From Methanothrix sp. (GTDB lineage: Archaea > Halobacteriota > Methanosarcinia > Methanotrichales > Methanotrichaceae): a stretch of DNA of 64,000 bases. Positions 61,563 through 64,000 of this stretch are shown one piece after another. Each line of letters begins with the position of its first letter. Positions within the stretch are counted from its first letter, which is position 1. A model generated the notes under the pieces. It was not told where the DNA came from. It made no database searches and saw nothing but the letters and a program-made list of their open reading frames with translations. Both the position numbers and the translations under genes were made by a program. The stretch spans positions 1-64,000 of the forward strand of contig JBAXWY010000006.1 in the NCBI GenBank assembly GCA_037128175.1, given 5' to 3'.

Positions 61563-64000
61563 TTGGACAGAATGTCGCCTTGGTCGTAATGGTCCTTTAC
61601 CTGCTGCTGCTCTTTGGCATCGCCCGGTATGCCGACCGCCAAAAACACTTAGGAAAGAGCATCGTGGCCAATCCCTATGTTTATGCTCTCTCTCTGTGCG
61701 TATACGTCTCGGCATGGACCTTTTACGGCTCCATCGGAAGGGCGGCATCCACAGGTCTCGAGTTTTTGCCCATCTACCTGGGACCCGTCTTGGCCATGAC
61801 AGTTGGCTGGATAATAATCCGAAAAATGATTCGCGTCTCAAAAGAACACAGGCTCACATCCATTAGTGACTTTATCAGCTTCCGCTATGGGCGAAGCTAC
61901 GCCATAGGTGCCGTGGTGGCAGCAATGAGCCTGATCATGGTAACACCTTATGTGGCATTGCAGCTCATTGCCATCTCCACATCTCTCGATATATTGAGCG
62001 GCTCGAACATCATATTCCTAGGCTTTAATGTGGAAAGCAAGCTGGTAGTGGCCGTTCTCCTGGGGGCCTTTGCCGTTATATTCGGGGCACGCCATCTCGA
62101 CCCTATGGAGCGCCATGAGGGCCTTATCGCTGTGGTGGCCTTTGAATCTCTGGTGAAGATCGTGGCCTTTCTTCTCGTGGGACTCTATGTCACCTATGGC
62201 GTCTTTTCAGGATACGGAGATATTATGAGCCGGACGATCGACCTGGCCTCAAACAACCAGACATATGAGACGCTCATGGATGTAGAGCCGACGCTCTGGT
62301 TCACCTTGACTTTAGTATCCTTCTTTGCCATTCTTTTTTTGCCCAGGCAGTTTCATGTCATGGTGGTGGAAAACTCCGATGAGGTGCATCTCAAGAAGGC
62401 CATGTGGCTCTTTCCACTCTATCTTTTATTGATCAATATATTCGTTCCCGCTATTGCCTGGGGTGGGGTGCTCCTGAATACTCCGGGTCTGAAGGATGCC
62501 TTCGTAATAACCATACCTTACACGATGGGATTGGATGCTCTCTCGCTCTTCGTGTTCATAGGAGGTACTTCAGCAGCCACGGCCATGATCCTGGTTGAAT
62601 CCGTTGCCGTGGGCACCATGCTGCTCAACGATCTGGAGATGCCTTATATTTTAAGCCATATAAAGAAGGACAAAAATCTGGCCGATACGCTTCTCAATAC
62701 CAGAAGGCTGAACATACTTCTGGTCGTGTTCTTAGGATATCTCTACTCGCGTGCTGTGGCTTACCAGACACTGGCCGATATTGGAGTCGTCTCTTTTCTG
62801 GCGGCCAGCCAATTGGCTCCTGCCGCCTTGGGTGGCCTGTACTGGAAGAAAGGCAACCGAAAAGGGGCCATGTTAGGCCTGATGTCAGGCTTTTTGCTCT
62901 GGGCCTACACCGCCCTCATTCCCACGGTTGCGAAAGGGAATGTCTGGCTGGTAGATTTAGTCCGGGATGGACCGTTCGGCATAGCCGCTCTTAGGCCCAC
63001 CAATCTCTTCGGGCTTGATCTGGACATCTGGACCAACTCCGTATTCTGGACACTCCTCGTCAACTGTAGCCTGTATGTCCTCGTATCTTTGGCAAGCAAG
63101 CCCAATTTGGATGAAGAGAGCAATGCGAATTGCTTCGTGGATGCTTACCTGCAAAAGGCAACGCATCACGAACTGGAGAAGGGAGCGATACACCAGGGAA
63201 CGGTTGAAGAGCTGGAGGCAACGCTGGCGCACTATATCGGTGAGACGCCGGCCAAGATAGAGGTCGATGCCTACCTTGAGTTTCTCGGCACCAGCCGGGA
63301 GAAGATCGAGGCAGGACAGCTTCGGATGCTATGGGGCCAATTTGAGAAGACTCTTACCGGTTTTGTGGGATCCTCGGCCACCAGGATGATTGTGGAAGAT
63401 CAGGTAACTGTGAAGCCGGTGATGGAAGCCGTCAAGGAAACCCTTCCGGCATATGATTTAGTGCGAGGAAAGATCTATGTCGTGCCTGAAATTGCCTATG
63501 AGGTCTTCACCGATCAGATCACCCATGGCGTGGAGGGGCTGTGCATTACGCATGATGCCCCGGAGGAGGTGAGGCGACGCTGGGGCTTTAAAGAGACGCC
63601 CATCATAAAACTCTCCGATGAGAAGGGAAGCGATCGCTACATCTCTCCCAGAAATCTGCCACTCCTATTTGTGACCATAAAGTCATTCGTTGAGTCCAGC
63701 AAGAACAGCATCATCCTCATAGACAGCATCGAGCAGCTCATCAAAGAGAACGAGGGCAAAATCCCGCAAAAGGAGATACTGGACTATGTCTACCAGATGG
63801 AGCTTTTGGGCCATAAGTCACATTTGATACTGGCGGAAAAGCCGGATTTTGTCCATACGAGCATAACTATGAGCATAAATGAGGTCAAAGAGCTGCTTTT
63901 CTCATTAGGCCCCCTTTCCACCTATCTCTTCCGGGCATTCTCAGATGCCATGCTCTCAAAGCTCGACGATAATGTGAGAAAAGAGGTAGTTATGCAGGCC
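61559..64000 (+). CDS. SLC5 (Na+/solute symporter)-STAC-DUF835 fusion, partial (runs off the window)
   Basis: Hand translation: YALSLCVYVSAWTFYGSIG, LPRQFHV, STAC-like EKTLTGFVGSSATRM, DUF835-like GLCITH..ISPRNL..IDSIEQL; absent from the ORF track because there is no stop in the window. Confidence 0.85.
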   Translation, partial: MIGQNVALVVMVLYLLLLFGIARYADRQKHLGKSIVANPYVYALSLCVYVSAWTFYGSIGRAASTGLEFLPIYLGPVLAMTVGWIIIRKMIRVSKEHRLTSISDFISFRYGRSYAIGAVVAAMSLIMVTPYVALQLIAISTSLDILSGSNIIFLGFNVESKLVVAVLLGAFAVIFGARHLDPMERHEGLIAVVAFESLVKIVAFLLVGLYVTYGVFSGYGDIMSRTIDLASNNQTYETLMDVEPTLWFTLTLVSFFAILFLPRQFHVMVVENSDEVHLKKAMWLFPLYLLLINIFVPAIAWGGVLLNTPGLKDAFVITIPYTMGLDALSLFVFIGGTSAATAMILVESVAVGTMLLNDLEMPYILSHIKKDKNLADTLLNTRRLNILLVVFLGYLYSRAVAYQTLADIGVVSFLAASQLAPAALGGLYWKKGNRKGAMLGLMSGFLLWAYTALIPTVAKGNVWLVDLVRDGPFGIAALRPTNLFGLDLDIWTNSVFWTLLVNCSLYVLVSLASKPNLDEESNANCFVDAYLQKATHHELEKGAIHQGTVEELEATLAHYIGETPAKIEVDAYLEFLGTSREKIEAGQLRMLWGQFEKTLTGFVGSSATRMIVEDQVTVKPVMEAVKETLPAYDLVRGKIYVVPEIAYEVFTDQITHGVEGLCITHDAPEEVRRRWGFKETPIIKLSDEKGSDRYISPRNLPLLFVTIKSFVESSKNSIILIDSIEQLIKENEGKIPQKEILDYVYQMELLGHKSHLILAEKPDFVHTSITMSINEVKELLFSLGPLSTYLFRAFSDAMLSKLDDNVRKEVVMQA

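Overview
Archaeal chromosomal DNA from a methanogen, most likely Methanothrix (Methanosaeta)-like. This is inferred from MC1, YcaO/TfuA, DUF1699, archaeal translation genes and codon style; no database was searched. Most of the window is housekeeping: the aIF2gamma-PIN-rpoE'-spt4-DPCK-rps24e-rps27ae operon, argB/pycB, aIF5A, ycaO-tfuA, nadA, archease-rtcB-trmJ, fus-tuf-rps10, lysC-purM, nrdJ, ribC, aspS, and two tRNAs (Leu-CAG, Arg-CCG). The left 4.4 kb is an AT-rich accessory remnant with an IS end, a TPR-like/vWA protein, a Zn-finger microprotein, a decayed tyrosine integrase and a MITE. The most interesting signals are non-coding. (i) An ~850-bp intergenic block at 34.4-35.25 kb appears to hold three structured RNAs: a ~410-nt pseudoknotted RNA with a duplicated domain, a divergent pseudoknot RNA sharing a palindromic promoter, and an anti-SD sRNA. 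(ii) A ~175-nt rod-shaped RNA candidate lies next to archease-rtcB. (iii) A family of short-period inverted repeats surrounds tRNA-Leu and also occurs inside the MITE. Also present, and missed or split by the ORF track: a deleted agmatinase remnant, a decayed AAA/DUF4276 pair, and an SLC5-STAC-DUF835 fusion running off the right end. All RNA structures were paired by eye and need computational or experimental confirmation.
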